Source: an uncultured Gammaproteobacteria bacterium
Lineage (GTDB): Bacteria > Patescibacteriota > Microgenomatia > Daviesbacterales > UBA10151
Direction of reading: 5' to 3'
NCBI GenBank assembly: GCA_964504985.1
Contig: CAZDFU010000005.1
Coordinates: forward strand, 1-46,417
Length of the DNA: 46,417 nt
Positions 6,846 to 15,349 of the stretch are shown here, piece by piece. The notes under the pieces were generated by a model. It saw only the letters and a program-made list of their open reading frames with translations, had not been told where the DNA came from and did not search any database. Numbering within the stretch: position 1 is the stretch's first letter; every line of letters starts with the position of its first letter. Position numbers and translations under genes: made by a program.

Positions 6846-7006
6846 TTATTCCTTTAAAAATTTTATCTATTGGTATTTTTATATATTTAATTTGGGCTCT
6901 GTTCCATCATAAAAAAGACAAAAGTTTGACATTGGCTATTTTAGTAGAGTATCTTCTAACTGCAACTTTAGCAATAATTCTTTTGATGGGAGTTTTAATA
7001 CAATGA
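6842..7006 (+). CDS. Small two-helix membrane protein (54 aa, below the ORF-track cutoff)
   Basis: MIIPLKILSIGIFIYLIWALFHHKKDKSLTLAILVEYLLTATLAIILLMGVLIQ*. It fills the gap exactly, with ATGA overlaps at both ends. Confidence 0.8.
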   Translation: MIIPLKILSIGIFIYLIWALFHHKKDKSLTLAILVEYLLTATLAIILLMGVLIQ

Positions 7007-8085
7007 AGGCTGTAATACCAACAGGAGGACGTGGTACCAGAATGCGCCCTTTAACATTTTCTCAAAATAAACATTTTATTCCTGTTGCCAATAAACCCTT
7101 GATCTTTTATCCAATTGAAACAGTGGCTAATGCAGGTATTAAAGAAATTGCCTTAACTTATAATACAGGTGGATTGGAAGAAGTAAAAAATATGCTGGGG
7201 GATGGTTCCAGATGGGGAGTAAAGTTTAGTTATGTATTACAAGAGCAGCCAAAAGGTTTGGCAAATATTTTCCAGGTTTGTGAAGAATTTGTCCGCGGTG
7301 AGCCTTTTGTGATGCATCTGGGTGATAATATTTTTGTTGACGGGATTTCAGATTTAGTTGTTCACTTTGATAAAGAAAAACCAGATGGGTTGGTTGCTAT
7401 GGTTCATCACAAAGAAAACACCAGGCTTGGGGTGCCATATTTTGATGATAATGGCCACTTGGTAAAATATGTGGAAAAGCCTGAGAACCCTCCTCATGAT
7501 TTTGCTATACCTGGGATATATTTTTTCTCCCCCTTGGTTTTTGAATGTTTTAGGGGTAAGGATGCAATTCAACCATCAGCAAGAGGGGAGTATGAGATAT
7601 CAGCCCCGTATCAGTGGTTAATTGATAAAGGAAAAAGAGTGGATGTTTTAGAATACAAAGGAAAATGGTTAGATCCTGGGAAAATTGATGACTGGCTTTA
7701 TGCAAACGAGTATCTTTTGGAAAATAATTTTGAGCAGTTGGTAGAAAGTAAAATAGATGAAAGCTCGTCAGTTGAGGGTAAAATTAAATTAGGTAAAGAT
7801 TCTGAAATTAGGAATTCTAAAATAAAAGGTCCAGTGGTAATTGGTGATAAAGTAATAATTGAAGACTCAGAAATTGGCCCGTTTGTTTCTATAGCAGATG
7901 GGTGTGAAGTTATAAATTCAGAAATAAAAAGATCTATCCTGATGGGAGGCGTCAGGGTTAGCGGGGTCTTGGAGCACCCTATGGAGGATAGTTTAATCGG
8001 CACTGATACAGAAGTTGTAGGCAGTGACGGTAAAGGAGCAGCTACAAAATTGTTTGTTGGGGAAAAGTGCAAAATACAAATATGA
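7003..8085 (+). CDS. rmlA: Glucose-1-phosphate thymidylyltransferase, long form with C-terminal left-handed beta-helix
   Basis: GGRGTRMRPLT...KHFIPVANKPLI, QEQPKGLA, LGDNIF, EKP, SARGEYEI, WLDPG; hexapeptide-like C-terminus; first gene of rmlABCD. Confidence 0.9.
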   Translation: MKAVIPTGGRGTRMRPLTFSQNKHFIPVANKPLIFYPIETVANAGIKEIALTYNTGGLEEVKNMLGDGSRWGVKFSYVLQEQPKGLANIFQVCEEFVRGEPFVMHLGDNIFVDGISDLVVHFDKEKPDGLVAMVHHKENTRLGVPYFDDNGHLVKYVEKPENPPHDFAIPGIYFFSPLVFECFRGKDAIQPSARGEYEISAPYQWLIDKGKRVDVLEYKGKWLDPGKIDDWLYANEYLLENNFEQLVESKIDESSSVEGKIKLGKDSEIRNSKIKGPVVIGDKVIIEDSEIGPFVSIADGCEVINSEIKRSILMGGVRVSGVLEHPMEDSLIGTDTEVVGSDGKGAATKLFVGEKCKIQI

Positions 8086-9089
8086 GATTACTGGTGACTG
8101 GCGGGGCAGGTTTTATAGGTTCAAATTTTATCCATTACTGGATAAAATTTCATCCTGAAGATCAAATTATTAATCTTGATGTTTTAACTTATGCAGGTCA
8201 TATAGAATCCTTAAAAGATTTAGAAGGAAATCTTAATTACCAATTTATAAAAGGAGATATTGCCAACCCTGAGGATGTAAAAAAAGCCATGAGTGGAGTG
8301 GACGTTGTCGTTCATTTTGCAGCTGAATCCCATGTAGACCGTTCAATAATAGATCCATTAGTTTTTGTTAAAACAAATGTTTTGGGGACTGCGGTTTTGT
8401 TACATGAAGCGGTTGAGGTAAAAGTTAAGCGTTTCCATCATGTTTCAACAGATGAAGTATATGGAAGCTTAGGTCTGGATGATTCTTCTTTTACACCTGA
8501 CACTCCATATCACCCAAGAACTCCATATGCTGCTTCAAAAGCAGGAGCAGATCATTTAGTAAGAGCTTTTTTTGAAACATATGGACTGCCAATAACTATT
8601 TCAAACTGTGCTAATAATTTTGGACCATTTCATGACCCTGAAAAATTAATCCCGAGGTTTATTACAAATTTAATAGAGGGTCAAAAAGTGCCCTTAATGG
8701 GTAAAGGAGAAAATATCCGGGAATGGTTATATGTGGATGATCACTCAAAAGGAATAGAAGTTATTTTAGAAAAAGGACAGGTAGGAAAAACTTATTTAAT
8801 TCAAGGGGAGGAAAAAACCAACTTAGAAGTAACAAAAAAGATTTTAGAAGTGTTAAATTTAGATGAATCATATATAGAATATGTGAAAGACAGGCTGGGG
8901 CATGATTTCCGGTATGCCAATGATGGGACTGAGCTTAAAAAATTAGGCTGGGTGGCTGATCATAATTTTGATGAATGGCTGGAAAAAACCATTAATTGGT
9001 TTAAAGAAAATGAGTGGTGGTGGAAACCATTAAAGCAAGGCAGGCCTAATGTTGATAGGAGCGCTCAAAAAGGATATAACAATGGATGA
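8082..9089 (+). CDS. rmlB: dTDP-glucose 4,6-dehydratase
   Basis: TGGAGFIGSNF, HFAAESHVDRSI, STDEVYG, PYAASKA, DRLGHDFRY. ATG 8082 overlaps the rmlA stop. Confidence 0.96.
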   Translation: MRLLVTGGAGFIGSNFIHYWIKFHPEDQIINLDVLTYAGHIESLKDLEGNLNYQFIKGDIANPEDVKKAMSGVDVVVHFAAESHVDRSIIDPLVFVKTNVLGTAVLLHEAVEVKVKRFHHVSTDEVYGSLGLDDSSFTPDTPYHPRTPYAASKAGADHLVRAFFETYGLPITISNCANNFGPFHDPEKLIPRFITNLIEGQKVPLMGKGENIREWLYVDDHSKGIEVILEKGQVGKTYLIQGEEKTNLEVTKKILEVLNLDESYIEYVKDRLGHDFRYANDGTELKKLGWVADHNFDEWLEKTINWFKENEWWWKPLKQGRPNVDRSAQKGYNNG

Positions 9090-9630
9090 ATTTGTAAAAA
9101 AAACTTCAATTGAAGGATTGCTTGTTTTAAAAAGACCAATCCACAAAGACGGAAGGGGCTTTTTTAGAGAAGTCTTTCATCTTGATGAAATTGAAAATAG
9201 TTTAGGCATTGAGTTTAAAGGTGTACAGATGAACCATGCCTACTCCAAACCTAAAGTATTAAGAGGGATCCATGCTGAGAATTGGAACAAAATTATTTAT
9301 CCTCTAAATGGTGAAGTGTTTGTGGCAATAGTTGATATCAGAGCAGACTCCCCTACTTTTGCAAAATTTGAAACTTTTATAATTAATGATGAAAATAGAA
9401 TTGCTCTGTTTCTTTCTAAAGGCTTGGCCAATTCCTATTGTGTGACTGGTAACCGGGCAGTAGATTATACTTATTTAGTTGATGCCTATTATGATGGTAC
9501 AGACCAAAGAGCACTAGCTTGGGATGATCCTGATTTAGCAATTGAGTGGCCGGTAAAAGATCCCCTAATATCTGAAAGAGATAAAAATAATCCAACATTA
9601 AAAGACTTATTTCCTGAAAAGTTTAAATAA
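9082..9630 (+). CDS. rmlC: dTDP-4-dehydrorhamnose 3,5-epimerase
   Basis: DGRGFFRE, VLRGIH, FVAIVDIRADSPTF, WDDPDLAIEWP, SERD; start at ATG 9082. Confidence 0.93.
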   Translation: MDEFVKKTSIEGLLVLKRPIHKDGRGFFREVFHLDEIENSLGIEFKGVQMNHAYSKPKVLRGIHAENWNKIIYPLNGEVFVAIVDIRADSPTFAKFETFIINDENRIALFLSKGLANSYCVTGNRAVDYTYLVDAYYDGTDQRALAWDDPDLAIEWPVKDPLISERDKNNPTLKDLFPEKFK

Positions 9631-10520
9631 TGATTAAGAAAGTTTTAACGTTTGGTGGAGCTGGTTTAGTTGGTGCAAAGTTTATTCAGCTAAATTCACA
9701 GAAATTTGATATTAATGCTCCTATGTCATCTGATGTGGATATTTTAAATAAAACTCAAATATCCCAAATAGTAGAAGAGTTTAATCCTGATTCTATAGTC
9801 AATTTTGCAGCTTTTACAGACGTGGAGGAGGCAGAAAACCAAAAAGATGATAAAGAGGGAATTTGTTTTAGGGTAAATGCCACAGGTGCCAGAAACGTTG
9901 CAGAAGTTGCTAAAGACTTTAATAAGCATTTAGTTTTTATATCTACAGAATATGTATTTGATGGTACAAAAGAGAATGCTCCATATGCTGAGCAAGATTT
10001 ACCAAGCCCTGTTAATTGGTATGGTCAAACTAAACTGGCTGGCGAGCAGGCTGTTTTAGAAATAGGAGGAAGAAGCGTCATTATGAGAATTTCTATGCCT
10101 TTTTCTGCTCAGTATGAATTAAAAAAAGATGTAGCCAGATTTTTTTTGGCACAGCTTAAATCTAACCAGCCGGTTAGGGCGGTGGAAGACCAAAGAATCA
10201 CCCCTACTTTAACAAATGATATATCTGATGCCTTGGTTATACTGTTACAAAATGCCTCAGAAGGGATTTATCATGTTTCATCAAGAGACTCCGTTACACC
10301 TTTAGAGTTTGTAAAAACAATAGCTGAAACATTTAAACTAGATTATTCTTTAATTTCATCTATTGCTTTAGATGAGTTTAATAAAACCAAAAAAGCCAAA
10401 TTGCTGAAGTATTCCTGGTTAAATCCAGCCAAATTTGAAAAAGAGTTTGGTATGGACATACTGCATACAGTAGAAGAAGCCCTGATTAATTTCAAACAGG
10501 AGATTGACCGCTTAGGGTAA
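9630..10520 (+). CDS. rmlD: dTDP-4-dehydrorhamnose reductase
   Basis: GGAGLVG, AAFTDVEEAE, ISTEYVFDG, PVNWYGQTK, DQRITPT. Confidence 0.93.
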   Translation: MIKKVLTFGGAGLVGAKFIQLNSQKFDINAPMSSDVDILNKTQISQIVEEFNPDSIVNFAAFTDVEEAENQKDDKEGICFRVNATGARNVAEVAKDFNKHLVFISTEYVFDGTKENAPYAEQDLPSPVNWYGQTKLAGEQAVLEIGGRSVIMRISMPFSAQYELKKDVARFFLAQLKSNQPVRAVEDQRITPTLTNDISDALVILLQNASEGIYHVSSRDSVTPLEFVKTIAETFKLDYSLISSIALDEFNKTKKAKLLKYSWLNPAKFEKEFGMDILHTVEEALINFKQEIDRLG

Positions 10521-10532
10521 ATCGTATATATT
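10504..10532 (+). promoter_or_regulatory. Internal promoter for leaderless gmd
   Basis: TTGACC (10504-10509), 17 bp, TATATT (10527-10532), 7 nt, ATG 10540. Confidence 0.6.
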
Positions 10533-10539
10533 AGTTCAA

Positions 10540-11553
10540 ATGGCAAACAAAAGAGCATTCATAACAGGAATATCAGGACAGGATGGTTCTTATTTAGCGG
10601 AATTATTGTTAGACAAAGGTTACGAAGTTGGAGGGTTAATCAGAAGAAATGCTACTTTGGAATTGGGTAATATCAGTGAAATTAGGGATGATCTGAAAAT
10701 CTACTATGGAGATTTACACTCGCCTGAGTCTATTGCATTGGCGCTATATGATTTTAAACCTGATGAGGTATATAATCTAGCTGCTTTATCTTCTCCTTTT
10801 GGTTCATTTCATGACAAACTCGGCTCAATTATGATAACAGGAGTAGGAGCTCTGCATGTTTTTGAAAGAGCTAGAGAGATAGTGCCAAAAGCCAAAATTT
10901 ATCAGGCTTCCACATCTGAAATGTTTGGCGCTCCCAAGCAGGTGCCCCAAAATGAAGAAACCCCCTTTTCTCCGGCCAATCCTTATGCAGCTGCCAAAGA
11001 ATATGCTCACCGTATTGCAATGGTTGCAAGGAAAGATCAAAAAAATCCACAGTTTATAACTTGCGGTATATTGTTTAATCATGAAAGTCCAAGAAGAGGG
11101 ATAAATTTTGTAACCCGCAAAATTACTGTAGCCGTTGCATGTATTAAAAATGGCCGTAGGGAAAATATCCCTTTAAATGAAGTTGGCGATCCAATTGTAC
11201 AAAATGGTAAGGTTAAGTTAGGTGATTTAAACGCAAAAAGGGATTGGGGGTATGCGCCTGATTATGTGGAAGCAATGTGGATGATGTTACAGCAAGATAG
11301 TCCTGATGATTTTGTAATAGGGACAGGCGAGGTCCATACCGTAGAAGAGTTTGCCAGAGAAGCGTTTGCAGTTGTTAATTTGGATTATAAAGATTACATA
11401 GAAACAGACCCAAGATTTGTTCCTCCTGTTCCAACAGGGCCACTTTGTGGAGATGCCTCAAAAGCTGAGAAAATATTAGGTTGGAAGCCAAAGACAAAAT
11501 TTAAGGAATTAGTTAAGATAATGGTTCACGCTGATCTTGCTAAATATAGCTAA
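10540..11553 (+). CDS. gmd: GDP-mannose 4,6-dehydratase family protein (divergent)
   Basis: ITGISGQDGSYLAELLL, QASTSEMFG, PYAAAK, GILFNHESPRRG, FVTRKIT, RDWGYAPDYV. Confidence 0.85.
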   Translation: MANKRAFITGISGQDGSYLAELLLDKGYEVGGLIRRNATLELGNISEIRDDLKIYYGDLHSPESIALALYDFKPDEVYNLAALSSPFGSFHDKLGSIMITGVGALHVFERAREIVPKAKIYQASTSEMFGAPKQVPQNEETPFSPANPYAAAKEYAHRIAMVARKDQKNPQFITCGILFNHESPRRGINFVTRKITVAVACIKNGRRENIPLNEVGDPIVQNGKVKLGDLNAKRDWGYAPDYVEAMWMMLQQDSPDDFVIGTGEVHTVEEFAREAFAVVNLDYKDYIETDPRFVPPVPTGPLCGDASKAEKILGWKPKTKFKELVKIMVHADLAKYS

Positions 11554-11602
11554 CTTGTTTCTTGTAAAAGTTTCCCCTTTTGACATACAATCGAACAATA
11601 CT

Positions 11603-12790
11603 ATGAAACGGGTGGTTGTTGTTCTTCCAACTTATAATGAAAAAGATAACTTAGAAAAAACCGTAAGAAGTGTTTTTGAACAGCAGAAATCCTTGCCAAG
11701 CCATGAGATTAATATTGTAATCACTGATGATATCAGAAGCTCAGATGGTACAGATAAAGTGGCTCAGGTATTAGCCAAGGGAAATAAAAAAGTGCACTTT
11801 TTAAAGGTCCAACCTGGCTTGGGGGTAGGGTTAATTGAGGGACATAGGTATTCCTTAAAACATCTTCAACCAGATATCCTGGCTCAACTTGATGCTGATG
11901 GACAGGTTGGAGCAGATGTATTAGTTAGGTTAGTAAATACAATAGAGGAAGGGTATGATTTGGCCATTGGATCAAGGTTTGTGTCAGGGGGGAAAAACCA
12001 ACTTTCTTTTTCAAGGAGGCTTTTTAGTGCCGGAGCATCATATATTTGCCGTATGATTATGGGGCCTCATGATATCGCTGAGTTTACAAACTCAGCCAGG
12101 GCTTTTACACCAGAGCTTTTTAAAAGAATTAATTTAAATAGATTGCCTTGGAGGGAAAAAACATTTATAGTCCAGCCCGCATTTTTAAACGAGGCAATAT
12201 TGGCTCATGCAAAATATAAGGAAGTTCCGCTAACTTTCAAAAATAGACTTGAAGGGTATTCAAAGAACAAAGTTTTTAATTATACATATGATGTTATTAC
12301 TTATTGTATTGATGCCAGACTGAGAAAATTTGGTTTAAATATACCATTTTTTGTTCTGACAAGAAGGGCAAAGACAATTGTAAAATTTGGACTGGTGGGA
12401 TTTATTGGCACTTTAGTAGACTTTCTTTTTTATAAAATCTTTATTAATGCATTAGGTGTTCCACCAGCTACTTCAAAGGGAATTTCAACTGAGATTGCCA
12501 TAATGAATAACTTTTTTTTAAATAATTTTTGGACATTTAAATACCGTAAAACTAAAACTAATATTTGGCAAAAGCTGGGAATTTTCAACCTGGTCAGTTT
12601 AGGAGGATTAGTCATAGGTGTTTTGATTGTTAAGTTTCTGCATTCAACTTATGGTGATGGATTTGTGGATTTAGGATTTAGGAAATTGGCTTATAATAAC
12701 TTTTACTTTTTTGCAACAATCCCTCCTGTTATGATTTGGAACTTTATAATAAACCATCTTATTACTTGGCGTAATCAAGAAGAATCCTAA
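11603..12790 (+). CDS. GT2 polyprenol-phosphate glycosyltransferase (DPM-synthase-like) fused to a GtrA-like flippase
   Basis: VVLPTYNEKDN, DADGQ, AIGSRF, EVPLTF; C-terminal KFGLVGFIGTLVDF...NFFLNNFWTFK...WNFIINHLITW is a GtrA pattern. Likely start ATG 11603. Confidence 0.88.
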   Translation: MKRVVVVLPTYNEKDNLEKTVRSVFEQQKSLPSHEINIVITDDIRSSDGTDKVAQVLAKGNKKVHFLKVQPGLGVGLIEGHRYSLKHLQPDILAQLDADGQVGADVLVRLVNTIEEGYDLAIGSRFVSGGKNQLSFSRRLFSAGASYICRMIMGPHDIAEFTNSARAFTPELFKRINLNRLPWREKTFIVQPAFLNEAILAHAKYKEVPLTFKNRLEGYSKNKVFNYTYDVITYCIDARLRKFGLNIPFFVLTRRAKTIVKFGLVGFIGTLVDFLFYKIFINALGVPPATSKGISTEIAIMNNFFLNNFWTFKYRKTKTNIWQKLGIFNLVSLGGLVIGVLIVKFLHSTYGDGFVDLGFRKLAYNNFYFFATIPPVMIWNFIINHLITWRNQEES

Positions 12791-12793
12791 GAC

Positions 12794-14161
12794 ATGAGAA
12801 GAAAGCTGGAGTTAATTTTTCTTCTCACCTTAATTTTAACGGCAATTTTTTTCAGAGCATATAATTTGGAAAAAAGGCTTCCATTTGCTTGGGATCAGGA
12901 ACGGGATGCTGAGATGGCTTGGCAGATTATCAAGACAGGGAAGCCTACGCTAATTGGCCCGCGGGTTATAAGCGATGACGCGTTTTACCTGGGCCCTTTA
13001 TGGTACTATTTAATTACTCCTTTTTATTTTCTTTTTGGAATGGACCCAATTGCAGCCGGTGTGTTGATGATTTTACTGGGAGTTTTAACCAGCTTAACAG
13101 TTTATTTTGTTACAAAACATCTATTAGGTATCAGAGAGGCTATTACAGTAAGCCTAATTTGGGTCAGTTTGGGTGACATTGTTGCCTGGAATCCAGTATT
13201 AATACCTTTTGCTACTGCATTGTTGTTATTCTTTCTTGTCAAAATTGTTGATGGAGAATATAAATTTATCCCGTTTTCTCTGCTTTTGATAGGTCTTGCT
13301 ATGCAATTGCACTTTCAGGCAGTATTTTTTTTAATACCATTTATTTTGGCAATATTTTTTTGTATTAAAAAATTTAACAAATTTCCATTCAAAAGTTTAT
13401 CAATAGGAACAGCTCTTTTTCTGTTAACTTTTTTGCCAATAATAATTTTTGACCTCAGGCATGAATTCTTAAATGCTAAAGGAGTACTAAAATTATTTTT
13501 TAACTCAAATGAAAATTCTAATCCTCATTTCATTTCCAGGTTTGTTCTATTATGGGAGAAATTTTTACAAACATGTGTGTTCTTTATCCCCAGAATTTAT
13601 GAGATAAACACTAAGCTCATAGTAGGGTCTATTGTGTTTTTATTTTCAGTAAGAGGAATATTAGTAAGCAAACTGTCTGACCAAAAGAAGAATTTAATAT
13701 TGTCTATAATACTTTTCCCCCCGCTTCTTTACCCGCTTTATAAAGGTGAAATTTCAGAATATTATTTCAGCTTGGTATCAGTTCCTCTGCTGATAGGGTT
13801 TTCTAATGGTTTGTTTAAGATAAGGTTATTTAACCTAAACTATTTCCTAATTTTTTCTATTATGCTCTGGGTGTTTATTGGCAGATTAAGTTTAATTTTA
13901 ACTAAAGAAGATAACCAAAGTTTGTATTATAAAAAGGAGGCAGTGAAATATATTGTTAACCAAAAAATTGACCCAATTTTTAATGTTTCCTATTCTGTTC
14001 CCCTAAATTCAGATGTAGGTTTTAAATATCTTTTCAGGTTTTATGGAAGAGAGCCTCAAAATATTCCAGCAGGACATCTTTGGACAATAGTGATACCTCC
14101 AGATGGTGAGAATGTACCTCCTTTGGTTTCATCCGGCGGGGTAGGGGTTATTAGAAGGTAG
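12794..14161 (+). CDS. GT-C fold (ArnT/PMT-like) membrane glycosyltransferase
   Basis: Polytopic; WDQERDA in the first loop, YLGPLWYYL, WNP, QLH. Confidence 0.75.
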   Translation: MRRKLELIFLLTLILTAIFFRAYNLEKRLPFAWDQERDAEMAWQIIKTGKPTLIGPRVISDDAFYLGPLWYYLITPFYFLFGMDPIAAGVLMILLGVLTSLTVYFVTKHLLGIREAITVSLIWVSLGDIVAWNPVLIPFATALLLFFLVKIVDGEYKFIPFSLLLIGLAMQLHFQAVFFLIPFILAIFFCIKKFNKFPFKSLSIGTALFLLTFLPIIIFDLRHEFLNAKGVLKLFFNSNENSNPHFISRFVLLWEKFLQTCVFFIPRIYEINTKLIVGSIVFLFSVRGILVSKLSDQKKNLILSIILFPPLLYPLYKGEISEYYFSLVSVPLLIGFSNGLFKIRLFNLNYFLIFSIMLWVFIGRLSLILTKEDNQSLYYKKEAVKYIVNQKIDPIFNVSYSVPLNSDVGFKYLFRFYGREPQNIPAGHLWTIVIPPDGENVPPLVSSGGVGVIRR

Positions 14162-14163
14162 AG

Positions 14164-15318
14164 TTAGTTAAAAAGGTAAGTATTTGGAATTGGAGCAACG
14201 TTTGTAAGGATGAAGTTTTGTGAATATAAATAAATTGCAATAAATATTATTGGTAAGATTATTTTAAACTCTTTACTGGTAAGTACCCTTTCAAATGCAA
14301 TCAGTATTAAAGGGGTTACAGGTAATATATACCTTGAGATGTCCCGGTGTGCTATCAATGTAGATGCAAAAAGGTAAGTTAGAACAAAAAAGGATAAAGT
14401 ATACAACCTTTTCTTCCATAGGATTATTCCTCCCAAAAACCCAAGAGTGAAAATATAAATTAAGTCTTCAAGCCAAATATCACCAACCCAAAACTGTGCT
14501 TTGTTAAAGACTTGAAAAGGAGGGAGGGTTAAGTGGATATTATCCCCGCTATGAAAATATGCAAAAAAATCCTGGTATGTTATTGAATACCAGAAAAAAA
14601 TCAACAAAAGAGTTAAGGGTATGGTTAGTAAAGGAAGGTATGCGCTTATAGCTTTGGAAATAGGGATTTGTTTGGTGATAATTCTCCAAAACAAATAAGC
14701 AGATAAGGCAACAAAAAGTAAAATCCCGGGAGGTCTGGTAAGTTGGGCAAATATTCCTGCAAAGGCAACATAAATTAAGTTCAAACTGTTCCCTGATTGC
14801 TCAAATTTCATAAAAAAATATATGGCAGTCAAGATAAATAGTATGAATGTTGGTTCAGAGGAGCCGACACTGTGAACAATGAGCCATCTGGCTGGTAAGA
14901 TTAGGAATATCAGGCTTAAAAAAAGAGGACTGTTGGTTAATTTAAAGTTTTTAACCAAAAGGTAAAAGACCCAGGTTGCTAATATAGTAGATAATAAGGA
15001 AACAAACAACATTGATTTCAAGTAACCCAGAAGCGGGGCAAAAAAATAAATTAGTATAGAATACCCGGGAAAATGGGAAGCAAAGTAACTAGCTGGCAGG
15101 CTTTGGGGTAGAAGGGAAATAAGTTGAGAGTTATAGAATGTTTTGGCTATAATAATATACTCCAATCCATCAAAGTTCCTATAAATTAGGGGAAATCCTT
15201 CTTTGAAGGATAGCCCCCAAAAGTTAGGCAGTGCTAACAGGTGCGGGAGCCAGACAGCTAGAGTAATGACAATGACAAAGACGCTTATTAACGATAGATC
15301 CTTAAGGTTTCTGTTCAC
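14164..15318 (-). CDS. GT-C fold mannosyltransferase-like (PIG-V type) membrane protein
   Basis: Polytopic; FDGLEYIIIA, HFPGY, SEPTF, TRPPG, RYILP. GTG start. Confidence 0.72.
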   Translation of the reverse strand: MNRNLKDLSLISVFVIVITLAVWLPHLLALPNFWGLSFKEGFPLIYRNFDGLEYIIIAKTFYNSQLISLLPQSLPASYFASHFPGYSILIYFFAPLLGYLKSMLFVSLLSTILATWVFYLLVKNFKLTNSPLFLSLIFLILPARWLIVHSVGSSEPTFILFILTAIYFFMKFEQSGNSLNLIYVAFAGIFAQLTRPPGILLFVALSAYLFWRIITKQIPISKAISAYLPLLTIPLTLLLIFFWYSITYQDFFAYFHSGDNIHLTLPPFQVFNKAQFWVGDIWLEDLIYIFTLGFLGGIILWKKRLYTLSFFVLTYLFASTLIAHRDISRYILPVTPLILIAFERVLTSKEFKIILPIIFIAIYLYSQNFILTNVAPIPNTYLFN

Positions 15319-15325
15319 AAATTTA

Positions 15326-15343
15326 ATTATATAACAGTATAAT
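15326..15343. promoter_or_regulatory. Back-to-back -10 boxes for two divergent leaderless genes
   Basis: Plus strand TATAAT (15338-15343), 6 nt, ATG 15350. Minus strand TATAAT (15331-15326), 7 nt, GTG 15318. Confidence 0.65.
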
Positions 15344-15349
15344 AATACA

